Assembly: GCA_963734495.1 (NCBI GenBank)
Contig: CAVTHK010000001.1
Coordinates: forward strand, 224,001-288,000
Reading direction: 5' to 3'
DNA: 64,000 nucleotides
Origin: an uncultured Spirochaetota bacterium
Lineage (GTDB): Bacteria > Spirochaetota > Spirochaetia > SZUA-6 > CAVTHK01
Shown: positions 1 to 9,940 of the stretch, one piece after another
How the letters are laid out: every line of letters begins with the position of its first letter
How positions within the stretch are numbered: the stretch's first letter is position 1
The notes under the pieces: generated by a model
Told to the model about the DNA's origin: nothing
Databases searched by the model: none
Seen by the model: only the letters and a program-made list of their open reading frames with translations
Program-made: the position numbers and the translations under genes

Positions 1-1
1 G

Positions 2-380
2 ATCGCCGACTACCGATTCTCGTTCGAGGACGGCGGGCTCGTGGTCGGCGATCGGCGCGGGTCCGCGGGGGCGGACGGAACCGATACCGTGAGAGGTATC
101 GAGCAGCTTCTCTTCGCCGACGGCTCAGTGGCCTACGTGCTGGGCGCCGGCAGCAGCAACCAGGCGGCGCTCTCAGCCCAAGAGGTTCTCCTGCTGTCGC
201 CGTCGCACCGCCTCGTGGTGGTTGGAGAGGCCGGCGAGACCCTCCGCCTCGAAGGTGCCTGGATGAATTGCGGCGGGAGAACGGAAGGCGGCAACAACTT
301 CTGGAGTTGGAAGCACGAGGATGGGAAGGCCGGACTCCTGGTGCTGGACGGCGTCGTGGTGGAACCGGATGTGCTCATTC
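2..380 (+). CDS. 3' end of a large RTX/serralysin-like, probably type I-secreted protein (runs off the window start; true stop unclear)
   Basis: Frame 2 reads IADYRFSFEDGGLVVGDRRG..DGTDTVRGIEQLLFADG, the typical 'DGTDTLxxIExLxFADG' repeat, then a 'LSAQEVLLLS..LVVVGEAGETLRL' segment resembling T1SS C-termini. There is no in-frame stop at the expected end. Confidence 0.5.
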
Positions 381-2561
381 CGACCCGGATCCCCCCTGCC
401 TGCCACCACGGCGGCGCCCGATGTAAGCAGACTCGTCACCCGCCGCGGCACGACACAGCAGGCCGCTGCGCCCGCATGAGCGCCTGCCTGCCTCACGCGA
501 CGGTGTGGTCCTACGCCGGCAACGCGCCGCGCGCCGCCGGTGCTCAGCGCAGCCTTGAACGCCTCGGCCACCTTCGCGCCCTTGCGCACGTAGACCGGGA
601 TGCGCGCGAGCGGCGCGTCGGCCTCGAACCACTCGCCGCCCCGCGCGGCCTTGCCGGTCCACGCGTCGACCCAGCTCCCGCCCGCAGGCAGGTACACGCG
701 GCGCGACCGCGCCTTGTAGCTCGCGACCGGCGCGGCGACGATGTCAGGCCCGAACAGAAGCTCGTCGTCGATATCGTAGAGGACGCTCTCGCCGGGGTAG
801 TCGAAGAACAGCGGTCTCATGGGCGGGACTCCGCTGTCGTGGGCCGCCTTCATTTGACTCTTTATGTAGGGCCGAAGGCGCTCACGCAGGAACAGCAGCT
901 CCTTGATGATGGCGTACGCCTCCTCGCCGAACGACCAGACCTCGTTGTCGGCGCCGGTCCCGGGATTGGGGACGCGCGGCTCGCGCACGCCGTGCAGCCG
1001 CATAACGGGGCAGAAGACGCCCCACTGGAACCAGCGTACCACCAGCTCGCGGAACTCCGGGTCCGCGATCGCGCCGCCGAAGAATCCGCCGATGTCCGTC
1101 GTCCACCACGGGATGCCGGCCATCGCCATGTTCATGCCGTTCTTGATCTGCTGCCCCAGCACCTTGAACGTCGAGTAGATGTCGCCGGACCAGACGCACG
1201 CACCGTACTTCTGGCTGCCCGCCCATGCGCTGCGGCACAGGTTGATCGGCAGCTCTTCGCCCGCCGCCTTCATGCCTTCGTAGAATCCCATCTCCTCGTA
1301 CAGCGGGTAGAGCGCGGAGACCTTCGCGCCGGGGCCTGCATGGTAGCGCACGTTGTGGTTGTGGTAAGGCCTGTACTCGGGCTCGGCCTCGTCGAGCCAG
1401 AACAGGCGCACGCCGCGGTCGTAGTAGTTCTTCTTCGCGGTCTCCCACACCCAGCGCCGCGCCTCGGGGTTGGTGAAATCGACAAAATGAAGGTAGCTCA
1501 CCTCGGAATACGTGTCGACGAACCGCATAAAGACGGGCAGCCCGGTGTCGGCCTTCACCAGGAGCGCCTTGTCCATCATCTCGAGGGACTTCGGGTGCTC
1601 GCCCGCGACGGTGGGCCAGATCGAGACCATCGTCTCGATGCCCATGCTCTTGAGCTCCTTGATCATCCCCACCGGGTCGGGCCAGCACTTGGGGTCGAAG
1701 TCCCACGCGCCCTGCATCGGCCAGTGGAAGTAGTCGATGACGATCACGGACATGGGAAGGCCGCGGCGCTTGTGCTCGCGCGCGACGGCGAGCAGCTCGT
1801 CCTGCGTGCGGTAGCGCAGCTTGCACTGCCAGAAGCCCATGGCCCAGTCCGGCATCATCGTCGGGAAGCCGGTCAGGCGGGCGTAGTTGCCGGCGACCTC
1901 GGCGGGGTTCCCACCGCCTAACACGAAATAGTCGAGCTGGTCCGTCTTTTCCGCGATCCAGGTCGTGCCGTTGTTGACGAGCTCGGCGCGGCCGGCCGCA
2001 GGGTTGTTCCAGAAGAATCCGTAGCCCTTGGAGGAGTAGACGACGGGGACCACGGTGTGCGTGTTCATCTGAAGCAGCTCGACCACGCACCCTTTGAGGT
2101 TGAGGAAGCCGTACTGGTTGTGGCCGAGGCCGTAGAGCTTCTCCTCGGGGTCGGCGGCGAAGCGGGCCACCGCGCGCACGGCGCCGGGCTCTACGGGCCG
2201 GAGCTCGCGGCCCGCGTCGGGGTAGACGCGGAGCGTCTGCCGCTCCTCGAGCAGGGTGCGGCCGCTCGCGGCATCGACGAAGCGCAGCGGCGCCTCGAAG
2301 CCGGCGACGCCGCGCGCCGCCTGCTCGCTCATGTGCACCGCGAGCTTCCCGCAGCGCAGCACCACTTCGGTGTCCGTGGCCGTCACGGAGGCCTGCGAGG
2401 CCTTTCGCTTTCGGGTTGATGGTCCAGTCGAAGGGCTTCGGCTCCTCCCCCAGCGTGAGGCGCACGCGGATGCAATCCTGGCTCCACGCCTCAACGCGCA
2501 GTAGCTCGCCCTGGTAGCGCCGCTCGAAGAAATCCGTCCCGTGGGTTACCGACCCGACCAT
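173..2561 (-). CDS. GH31 alpha-xylosidase/alpha-glucosidase (frameshift ~2405; homology ends ~550, first in-frame stop at 173)
   Basis: ATG at 2561 after GAGGGAG. The N-terminus lies in ORF 882..2750 and the remainder in 173..2494. Motifs YGLG, GFWQCKLRY, WLDEAEPE (nucleophile), WSGDI, WTTDIGGF, RWFQWG. Confidence 0.9.
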
Positions 2562-2721
2562 GGCTCCCTCCCGCCCGCGAGCCCTCGCGCCCGCAGGTCT
2601 TTCACCGCGTACGGTATGTATAGCAGCGAAATCATCGCCATGCCCAGCGCTTCCATCGCGAGGATGTACCAGTTCATGGCGGTCGGCGACGAGGTGGTTG
2701 CCGCGGTAACTTGTCTGCTCC

Positions 2722-3288
2722 ATGAACGAGATATCGCGCAGGGACGGCACGGACCTCCGGCTTTCGGCCGCGGAGAGAGACGAGGCCGTGGCCAGGATCC
2801 AGACGGCTTACGCGGACGGGCGCCTCGAGGAGCAGGAGTTCGACCGCCGGCTCCGCGAGGCGATCGACGCGATCTACGCGAGGGACCTCGAGCCTCTCCT
2901 CGAGGATCTGCCTCGTGAGGCGCCCCCGGTCCCGACAAAGCCGGCGAAGGGCTCGATCGTGGCCTACGGGTCGCGCATCGAACGGACCGGGCGCTGGGCC
3001 GTCCCCGCCCGGCTCACGCCCACGATCCTCAAGGGGCACCTGCTGCTGGATCTGCGAGCGGCGCAGCTCCTGAGCGACGAGACCGTGGTACGAATCAGGG
3101 GCTACAAGAGCACCATCGAGATCGTGGTCCCTCCGGGCGTGGAGATCGACTCGCGAGGCTTCGCATACAAGGGGAAATGGGTCGCCGAACGGGCCGATGA
3201 CGCGCCCTCGCCCGATCGGAAGACGATCCGCATCCGCGGCATCGCGTATAAGAGCACCGTCGTCGTGCGGCGTTCCGGGCCCGTTTGA
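2722..3288 (+). CDS. DUF1707 (SHOCT-like) domain protein
   Basis: N-terminal LRLSAAERDEAVARIQTAYADGRL..EFDRRL signature followed by a beta-rich LiaF-like C-terminal part. Confidence 0.8.
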   Translation: MNEISRRDGTDLRLSAAERDEAVARIQTAYADGRLEEQEFDRRLREAIDAIYARDLEPLLEDLPREAPPVPTKPAKGSIVAYGSRIERTGRWAVPARLTPTILKGHLLLDLRAAQLLSDETVVRIRGYKSTIEIVVPPGVEIDSRGFAYKGKWVAERADDAPSPDRKTIRIRGIAYKSTVVVRRSGPV

Positions 3289-3351
3289 CCGCGCGGGGGC
3301 GGGCGGGCGCCTGCGATCCACGGGACCGCCCGCCACCCGCCATCGGGGACC

Positions 3352-3380
3352 TTGACCGGCGAATTTGCCGCGCTTAAGAT
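3352..3380 (+). promoter_or_regulatory. sigma70-like promoter of the GDPD gene
   Basis: TTGACC-N17-TAAGAT. Confidence 0.5.
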
Positions 3381-3445
3381 GCGCGGCAGCGCCACCCCTC
3401 GGGCGGCACGGCAAGCGCCGCAATCATCGAAAGCGAGGTCCGCCT

Positions 3446-4216
3446 ATGAGCCTGAAAGGCCTCGACATCATCGGACATCGGGGCGCCATGTCGGTCGCGC
3501 CGGAGAACACTCTCGAATCGTTCGCCAAGGCCATCGAGATGGGTGTCACCATGGTCGAGTTCGACGTGTGGCTGCTGTCCGACGGGCACTTCATCGTCCT
3601 GCACGATGAGAACCTGGAGCGCACCACCGACGGCACCGGGAGCGTGCTCCTGCGGACGTCGAGCGAGCTGCGCGGGATCGATGCGGGCTCCTGGTTCTCA
3701 GCCGCGCATGCCGGGGCCCGCATACCGCTTCTCGAGGAAGTGCTGGATCTGTGCAAGGGGAAGGTGCGCCTGCTCATCGAGATGAAGGCCCACTTCGCCG
3801 CGGGCTACAGGCCAGAACGACAGCTCGTCGACTGCCTTCGCAGGCACGGCATCACCCGGGACTGCCAGGTCATCTCGTTCAACCATCTGATGCCGCTGCG
3901 CGTGAAAGAGATCGACGCCTCGATCGACACCGGCATCAACTACTCGTGCGCGCCCGTGGATCCTCTCGTGGACGCGGTGCTCGCAAGGGCCGACACCATC
4001 CACCCGTCGATGAGCGGTTCGGTAACCGAGGAGCTGGTGGAGCGGGCGCACCGTCGGGGCATCGGCGTCAGCGCAACGACGAACGACAGGGCCGAGATGC
4101 TGCGGCTGCTGCGGGCCGGAGTCGACGGGATCTGCACCAACCACGTCGATCGGTTGACCGCCGCGGTGGCCGAGGTCGGCGGGCTCCGGCTCCGATCCGC
4201 CTTGCCGGCGGCATGA
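3446..4216 (+). CDS. Glycerophosphodiester phosphodiesterase family protein
   Basis: GHRGA..APENTLESF, EFDV, HDENLERTT, IEMK and DGICTN motifs. Confidence 0.9.
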   Translation: MSLKGLDIIGHRGAMSVAPENTLESFAKAIEMGVTMVEFDVWLLSDGHFIVLHDENLERTTDGTGSVLLRTSSELRGIDAGSWFSAAHAGARIPLLEEVLDLCKGKVRLLIEMKAHFAAGYRPERQLVDCLRRHGITRDCQVISFNHLMPLRVKEIDASIDTGINYSCAPVDPLVDAVLARADTIHPSMSGSVTEELVERAHRRGIGVSATTNDRAEMLRLLRAGVDGICTNHVDRLTAAVAEVGGLRLRSALPAA

Positions 4217-4422
4217 GCAAAGCGCGGCGCGGCGCGAAGGCTCGCGCCACTGTCGGTGAGCGCCGCCGCTACCGGGGGCTTCGCACGCGTTTCCTGCTGC
4301 AGCTCGACCAGAGAGTGGGCCGCGAAAAAGCCGTGCTGCGAAAAACCATCGAGGCCCTGACACGAAGGTTGAGGTGAGCGACAACGCGTTCCCGGCGCGC
4401 GGCTCCCGCGGGGTCCATCCGT

Positions 4423-5832
4423 TCAGAACGCGACTTTTGCGCCGACCGTTGCCGTCACGAGGTTGTTGATGAATCCCCCGGTCGTGGCATCGTAGGTGGC
4501 GGTGTACTCGCTGTTGTCCGGCCCGAGGTACGAGCTGACCTGAAGCGACAGCGTAAAGTTGTCCACGGGCGAGATCGACAGCGACACCAGAGCGATCCCG
4601 GACATGTCGGAGAAGTTCGCGATTCCGCTCAGCCCCAGGGTCATGTCGCTCACGAGGAACTTGTTCACCGTCACAAAGGCCGCGGCATAGTACTTGCCGT
4701 AGTAGCCGAGGTGATAGGTGCCGCCGAAGAACCGCGCGCGGTCGATCCCGCTCAGCTCCTGGAACATGTTGTCCTCGTAGCCGCTGCCATTGTAGAAGAG
4801 CTCCGTGGTGACGCCGATGCGGTCCACCACGTTCCATGCATCGAAGGTCCGCGACAACCCGACGGAAGACTTGACCACCAGGTCGCGGCTGACTTGGTAC
4901 ACGCTCCCGTCGGCGTGCATCTTGGCCTGGTTGTCGCCCGAGGCAAAGCTCGCCTCGCCCGTCAGGTTCAGGCTCCAGGGAAGCGGGGCGGAGATGTCCG
5001 CCCCGAACACCGGGATCTTGCCCCCCTTGAACCAGCCCGACGCGCCGAGCTCGACGCTGCCCGCGAGCGCTTCGGCTCGCGCGGCAAAGGCCGCTTCGGT
5101 CGCGTTCTCGATCCCATCGGCGTTCAGGAATGTGTAGAGGCGCAGCTCTCGCGCGAACACCACGTCGGAACGGAGGCCGAACACGCCCTGGCGGAACGCA
5201 TCGAGGTTCGCGAAGGCCTTGTGCTCGATGTTGATGAGGTCCGTGGGGTTCCAGAAATAGCCGGTCCCCCACTGGAGGACCTGTTTCCCCGCTCGGAAGT
5301 AGACGGCGTTGGCGATGTTGAAGTCGACGAACGCTTCCTTGAGCCCGATCAGCGTGTTCTCTTGTTCGGTCACGATCAACGGCACGCCCGTCGGCAAGAC
5401 GGAAAAGTTGTGTGTCACCAGCGTCCCGGTCGTCAGGTAGCCGATGTTGAGGTCGAAAAACGCCCTGTAGCCGGGCTTGAGACGCACGTCGATGAGAAAG
5501 TCGCCCGCCACGCTTCCGGAGAGCGGATTGTCTGCCAGATCGCGTGTCCCTGCGGCAAAGGCCCGGGTGACGGTATAGCCGCTCTGGGCCTCGATGACCC
5601 CCGAAAGGCCGGTCCGCTGCTTGTCGATCTCCTCCTGGAGCGCCTTGTTCTCGGCGACCCCGGGCTTGACCTCGACATCGGGTGAGCTGAAAAACTCGTC
5701 TTCGCTCCCAGAGCCCGCTCCCGACCCGCCCCCCGGCGTCTGGGCCGGAGGCTGGGCCGGCGTCTGCGCGACGAGGGCCGCCCCGCACAGGGCGAGCATC
5801 GCGGCCGCCCATGCGCAACTTCTTTTCTTCAC
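4423..5832 (-). CDS. Putative outer-membrane beta-barrel protein
   Basis: GTG overlaps the upstream TGA. It has a signal peptide, a Pro/Gly linker, 'LKEAFVDF..FRAGKQVLQWGTG', alternating beta-strands and a C-terminal GAKVAF beta-signal. Confidence 0.7.
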   Translation of the reverse strand: MKKRSCAWAAAMLALCGAALVAQTPAQPPAQTPGGGSGAGSGSEDEFFSSPDVEVKPGVAENKALQEEIDKQRTGLSGVIEAQSGYTVTRAFAAGTRDLADNPLSGSVAGDFLIDVRLKPGYRAFFDLNIGYLTTGTLVTHNFSVLPTGVPLIVTEQENTLIGLKEAFVDFNIANAVYFRAGKQVLQWGTGYFWNPTDLINIEHKAFANLDAFRQGVFGLRSDVVFARELRLYTFLNADGIENATEAAFAARAEALAGSVELGASGWFKGGKIPVFGADISAPLPWSLNLTGEASFASGDNQAKMHADGSVYQVSRDLVVKSSVGLSRTFDAWNVVDRIGVTTELFYNGSGYEDNMFQELSGIDRARFFGGTYHLGYYGKYYAAAFVTVNKFLVSDMTLGLSGIANFSDMSGIALVSLSISPVDNFTLSLQVSSYLGPDNSEYTATYDATTGGFINNLVTATVGAKVAF

Positions 5833-6617
5833 TTGCTCAGGCTCTCCAGGTACGCCTTGTCGAACTTGTAATCGTCGACCCTGGCGAACGACACCCCGCT
5901 GATCTCCATGACTGACGTGCGCCCCTTCTCGATCTCGTCCGTGAACTTCTGCAGCAGCGGGATGTAGCGGCCGTCGACGTCCTTGTAGTTCGTGAACAGG
6001 TCCGTCTCCATCAGGGTGCCGGACAGGCTGTAGGATTCCCGCTTGAGCTCCAGGTACTTGTCGCGCGTCACCCACATTACCAGCCTGGGGTACTTGACGT
6101 CGTTCACCTTCGCGATCACCTCGAGCCTGTACACGGGGATCCTGGCGCTGCCGATGGTCTCGGCCGACAGGATCTCCCTGCCGGACGAGTCGAGCGCGGG
6201 CTTGTACAGCTCCCGGAATTTGCGCGTCTCGATGTCGCCGGCGCTCGTGTTGGACCCGCCGATCTTCTCGTCGCGCCCCATGTGGGTAAAGGTGCGCGTG
6301 CTGCGCTTGTACATCCACATGTTGTCGCCCACGCGGAGGTAGCCGTTGCCGCGATCGGTCTCGGGGTCGGCGATCACGATCAGGAACGCGTCGTCGCGGT
6401 CGCGGCGGTACAACACGCTCTCGATCACCTTGGTCCCCTGCTCGGGGTCCCTCGTCGTGATCCGCGCCTGGGCGGTCACGTCGCTGCGCACCTGCTGATT
6501 GGCGTCCACCATCTCGATGACCTGCTGCACCGACGGCTCCGCGTCAGCCGCGGCCGCCAGCGCGATCCACAGCGCGAAGGCGGCGTGCGAGACGAGCGTG
6601 CGATGGGACTTCATCAT
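5829..6617 (-). CDS. Outer-membrane lipoprotein-sorting protein (LolA-like, DUF1329-type)
   Basis: Signal peptide, 'DPETDRGNGYLRVGDNMWMY', 'IGGSNTSAGDI' and 'FDKAYLE' are typical of this family; lies downstream of FtsX permeases. Confidence 0.8.
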   Translation of the reverse strand: MMKSHRTLVSHAAFALWIALAAAADAEPSVQQVIEMVDANQQVRSDVTAQARITTRDPEQGTKVIESVLYRRDRDDAFLIVIADPETDRGNGYLRVGDNMWMYKRSTRTFTHMGRDEKIGGSNTSAGDIETRKFRELYKPALDSSGREILSAETIGSARIPVYRLEVIAKVNDVKYPRLVMWVTRDKYLELKRESYSLSGTLMETDLFTNYKDVDGRYIPLLQKFTDEIEKGRTSVMEISGVSFARVDDYKFDKAYLESLSK

Positions 6618-6623
6618 TCTCTC

Positions 6624-8357
6624 CTACTCGTAGTGTCGGAGCGCGTCCGCGACCCTCATCTTTGCCGCCCGCCTCGCCGTCGCGAACGCGATCGCGAAAG
6701 ACACGAGCACGATCGTGGCGAAATTGGCCGCAACGGCGGCGATCGTCGGCACGAAGTACAGGTGCTTGTTCACGAAGAACATGGTGAAGGGGCTGTCGCG
6801 CAGCTCGATCGTGAAGCCCGACAAGAGCGCCATCACGCCGTAGGCGAGCGCCAGCCCCGCGGCGCAGGCGACCACGGCGAGAAAGACGATCTCGAGCACG
6901 AACACCGAGCGCACGTCGCCCCGCTGCATGCCGACCGCCCGGGTCGTCCCGATCTCGCGCGTCCGCTCGCGGATGCTCATGCGCATCGTGTTGACGACGC
7001 CGATCAGGATGACCCCAAAGAGGATCAGCACCGCCACGACCGACACGAGGTTGAGGCCGCGCTGGAAGTCCACGACCATGCTCGCCGTCTCGTACATCGT
7101 CTGAACGTCCACTCGGGCGCCCTTCCAGGATTCACGGTTCAGCCGCAGGGCCTTCTTCGTCGCCGCGTCCGTGTTGGGGCTGCGCTCCAGCAGCTCCCAT
7201 TCCGGCAGCAGCGCTTTGAACAGGGGCGACTGGGCCGGGGCGACAGCCGGCTCGCGGGGAATGTTCCAGAAATAGGTGTCGTAGAAAAGGTCTTCGTGCG
7301 CAAACGCGGTCGACTCGCCAAACCCGGCGGGGGTCGCGACGATGCCGCGGACCGTGAGATCCCGCTCGACCGGATCCGCCTCGTACTTGGGCACGTAGGC
7401 GTAGCGCACCGCGGAGCCGATCCCCGCCCGGAGCCGGTTCGCCAGGGTTTCGGTGAGGATCACGCCCTGCTTGTCCGCCGCCAGCGCGGCGAGGTCGCCG
7501 CGCCTGAAGGCCAGCGCCTGGCCCGCCGCGGCCGCCGCTGAGGCGTCGGTCTCCAGCCTGAGCGCAAACACGCCCGCATCCGCCTGAGCCGCGCCGAAGT
7601 CGAGCCGGCCCTCGACGCCGGCCGCGCCCGGAGCGAGGGCCCTGTGCAGTCGGTTGGCCTCGGCGATGATCTTTGCCGAGTCCTGCGGGTAGCTGGTCAC
7701 GACGTTCAGCCCGAGGCATTCGGAGGGCTTGAGGTTCAGGAACCCCCGGAGCACTCCTATGTCGACGAACGCCGCGACGTCCATGAACAGGTTCTCCGAC
7801 GCAACGATCCCCACGACCTTGAACTTGGGCGCCTGGGCCTGGCCGTACACGCTGTTGAAGCGCACCGTGACGATGTCGTTCATCCCGACGTTGATGTCCC
7901 GCGCGGCGTTCCTGTACAGGATGATGCCCGGGAAGACGTCGGGCTTGAACAGGTCCCCGGGATCTCCGGAGACGAGCTGGATCTCCCTGGCAAAGTCGGA
8001 GCCCCTGTCCAGTCCGACCAGGGCGACCAGCCCCGTCCTTCCGTTGCCGACCGTGCGGCCGAAAGCGCTCACGTCTTCGTCGATTCGCACGATCCCGTCG
8101 ACCGTCTTTCTGATCGCCTGCACGAACCGCGGCGTGTCGCGGATCACGTCGGTGCGCCGCGACGTGTATTCATGCACCTGGACGCGGATGTGCCCGGTGA
8201 TAAAGACCATCACCTTGTTGAAGAGTATGTCCGTGAGCCCGTTGGTGAACGAGCTGGTGACCACGAGCACGCACATCCCGACGGCGATGCCGATGGCCAG
8301 CAGGGCGTTGCGGCGGGACTGCCGAACCAGGTTGCGAAAGGCGATCGTGGCGATCAT
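6624..8357 (-). CDS. ABC transporter permease, FtsX/LolE/MacB type, with enlarged periplasmic region (alternative start 8414)
   Basis: IAFRNLVRQSRR first TM, ERTREIGTTRAVG motif, C-terminal TMs, ..ADALRHYE. Confidence 0.9.
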   Translation of the reverse strand: MIATIAFRNLVRQSRRNALLAIGIAVGMCVLVVTSSFTNGLTDILFNKVMVFITGHIRVQVHEYTSRRTDVIRDTPRFVQAIRKTVDGIVRIDEDVSAFGRTVGNGRTGLVALVGLDRGSDFAREIQLVSGDPGDLFKPDVFPGIILYRNAARDINVGMNDIVTVRFNSVYGQAQAPKFKVVGIVASENLFMDVAAFVDIGVLRGFLNLKPSECLGLNVVTSYPQDSAKIIAEANRLHRALAPGAAGVEGRLDFGAAQADAGVFALRLETDASAAAAAGQALAFRRGDLAALAADKQGVILTETLANRLRAGIGSAVRYAYVPKYEADPVERDLTVRGIVATPAGFGESTAFAHEDLFYDTYFWNIPREPAVAPAQSPLFKALLPEWELLERSPNTDAATKKALRLNRESWKGARVDVQTMYETASMVVDFQRGLNLVSVVAVLILFGVILIGVVNTMRMSIRERTREIGTTRAVGMQRGDVRSVFVLEIVFLAVVACAAGLALAYGVMALLSGFTIELRDSPFTMFFVNKHLYFVPTIAAVAANFATIVLVSFAIAFATARRAAKMRVADALRHYE

Positions 8358-8415
8358 TTTCGCCCCTCGCGCCCGGGCGGCCAGAACCCCTGCAGCATTC
8401 ATGCGCGCCCCCATT

Positions 8416-9930
8416 CTAGTGCCGGTTGATGGCGTCCAGCGGCGTGATCCGTCGCGCGACAAAGACCGGGTAGATCACCGCGCACACCGTGACGACGGCG
8501 AGCCCGACGGCGCTGATCACGAGCCCGGTCGCGCCCAGGGCGGGTCTGAAGACCTCCCCTCCGAACAGGATCTCGAGGATCTCGCTGCCTCCGGATCCGA
8601 GGCGCAGCGGCCGCACGATCCAGGTGGCGAGGACGCCTGCGAGAATCCCGGCCCCGCCGAACACGGAGGACAGCGAAAAGGTCTCGGCGAGGAACATGCG
8701 CGTGACGAAGCCCTTGCGGGCGCCCACGGCGCGCATCATGCCGAACTCCTCGGTGCGCTCCAGGGCGTTCATGCTCAGCGTGTTCATGATGATGATCACG
8801 GCGACGAAGAAGAGGATCAGGACGAACACCACGACGATCCCCTGGAAGATGTCCGAGATCTGGGCCACCTGTCCCGAGGCCGTCTTCCAGGAAAGCACCT
8901 TGACGGGAAGGCCGTTCTCTCTGGCGATCCGCTTCATCTCGGCCACCGCCGCGTCCAGGTTCTCGCCGGGCTTGAGCAGTATCGACACGTAGTTGTAAGC
9001 CGCCGTGTCGAAGTCGATCTTCCGCTCGGTCGTCGTCCGGGTTCGTATCCGGGCTTCCAGCGCCGAGATGGGCGGCGCGGCCGAGCCCGTGGAGTAGATG
9101 CTGCCGCCGCCGAAAAGGGAGTCCTCGCCGGCGTCGAGCAGGGCGCTCTGGTCGGGCGGCAGCTCCGTGACGACGTCGCGCGCGGTGAAGTAGCCAAAGA
9201 GCTCCCTGTAGGTCTCGATGTCGACAAAAGTGATCTCGCGCATCAGGGAGTTCAAGGATCTGAAGCGCACCACGCCCCTGATCGGCACCTGCTTGTCCGT
9301 GGAGTTCGGCTCGCCGAACCCTTCGAGGGCGAGCGAGGTGCGCGTCTCGAGCCTGGGCAGCTCCTTGCGGGCGTCGTCGCTCAAGTTGTCCCGGTTGAGC
9401 TCCTGCCCCTCGGGCGTGAGCCAGTAGCCCTGGAACTTGTAGAGGTTCTTGCGGCCCTCGACGTTGACCAGGAGGCCGTGGTCGCCGTTCGCGAGGAGGT
9501 TTCCCTCGATCGCCTTGACCGGGCTCCCGAAGATCCTCTGAAAGTCGTCGAAGTTGCAGCCAAAGGTGAGCATAAAGGCCATGTCCTGGCCGCCGAGTAT
9601 CGCGACGCCGCCCCTGGTCATGGGAATGAAGCCCTGGACAAAGTCCTGGCGCGCGAGGATCTCCTTGATCTTCTCGTACGACTTGAGCACCTTGAGCGGC
9701 TTGGCCATGGGAGTGAACAGCACGTTGTCCTTGGTCTCCTCGTCGGAGACCAGGATGATGTGCCCGGTGAAGCTCCGGACGATGTTCTCTTCCACGCCGC
9801 GGCGCATCCCGATCACCGTGGCGTCGCCTATGGTCATGATGAACGCCCCGAGAAAGAGAATCGTGCCGATGATGAGGCTCTTGGCCTTGTGCCGCAGGAC
9901 GCTTCGCCAGGCGATCTTGAGGATCAGCAT
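8416..9930 (-). CDS. ABC transporter permease, FtsX/LolE/MacB type
   Basis: IAWRSVLRHKAKS, ERTEEFGMMRAVG, ARRITPLDAI. Confidence 0.9.
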   Translation of the reverse strand: MLILKIAWRSVLRHKAKSLIIGTILFLGAFIMTIGDATVIGMRRGVEENIVRSFTGHIILVSDEETKDNVLFTPMAKPLKVLKSYEKIKEILARQDFVQGFIPMTRGGVAILGGQDMAFMLTFGCNFDDFQRIFGSPVKAIEGNLLANGDHGLLVNVEGRKNLYKFQGYWLTPEGQELNRDNLSDDARKELPRLETRTSLALEGFGEPNSTDKQVPIRGVVRFRSLNSLMREITFVDIETYRELFGYFTARDVVTELPPDQSALLDAGEDSLFGGGSIYSTGSAAPPISALEARIRTRTTTERKIDFDTAAYNYVSILLKPGENLDAAVAEMKRIARENGLPVKVLSWKTASGQVAQISDIFQGIVVVFVLILFFVAVIIIMNTLSMNALERTEEFGMMRAVGARKGFVTRMFLAETFSLSSVFGGAGILAGVLATWIVRPLRLGSGGSEILEILFGGEVFRPALGATGLVISAVGLAVVTVCAVIYPVFVARRITPLDAINRH

Positions 9931-9940
9931 GTCTTGGATC

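Noticed and set aside
381..1921. Remainder of the 626-aa + ORF 41..1921
   Set aside because: Antisense shadow of the GH31 gene; only the first ~125 codons look like a real protein.
2546..2700. Hydrophobic stretch MNWYILAMEALGMAMISLLYIPYAVKDLR on the minus strand
   Set aside because: Short, no clear RBS or family, and located in the divergent promoter region; cannot support it as a gene.
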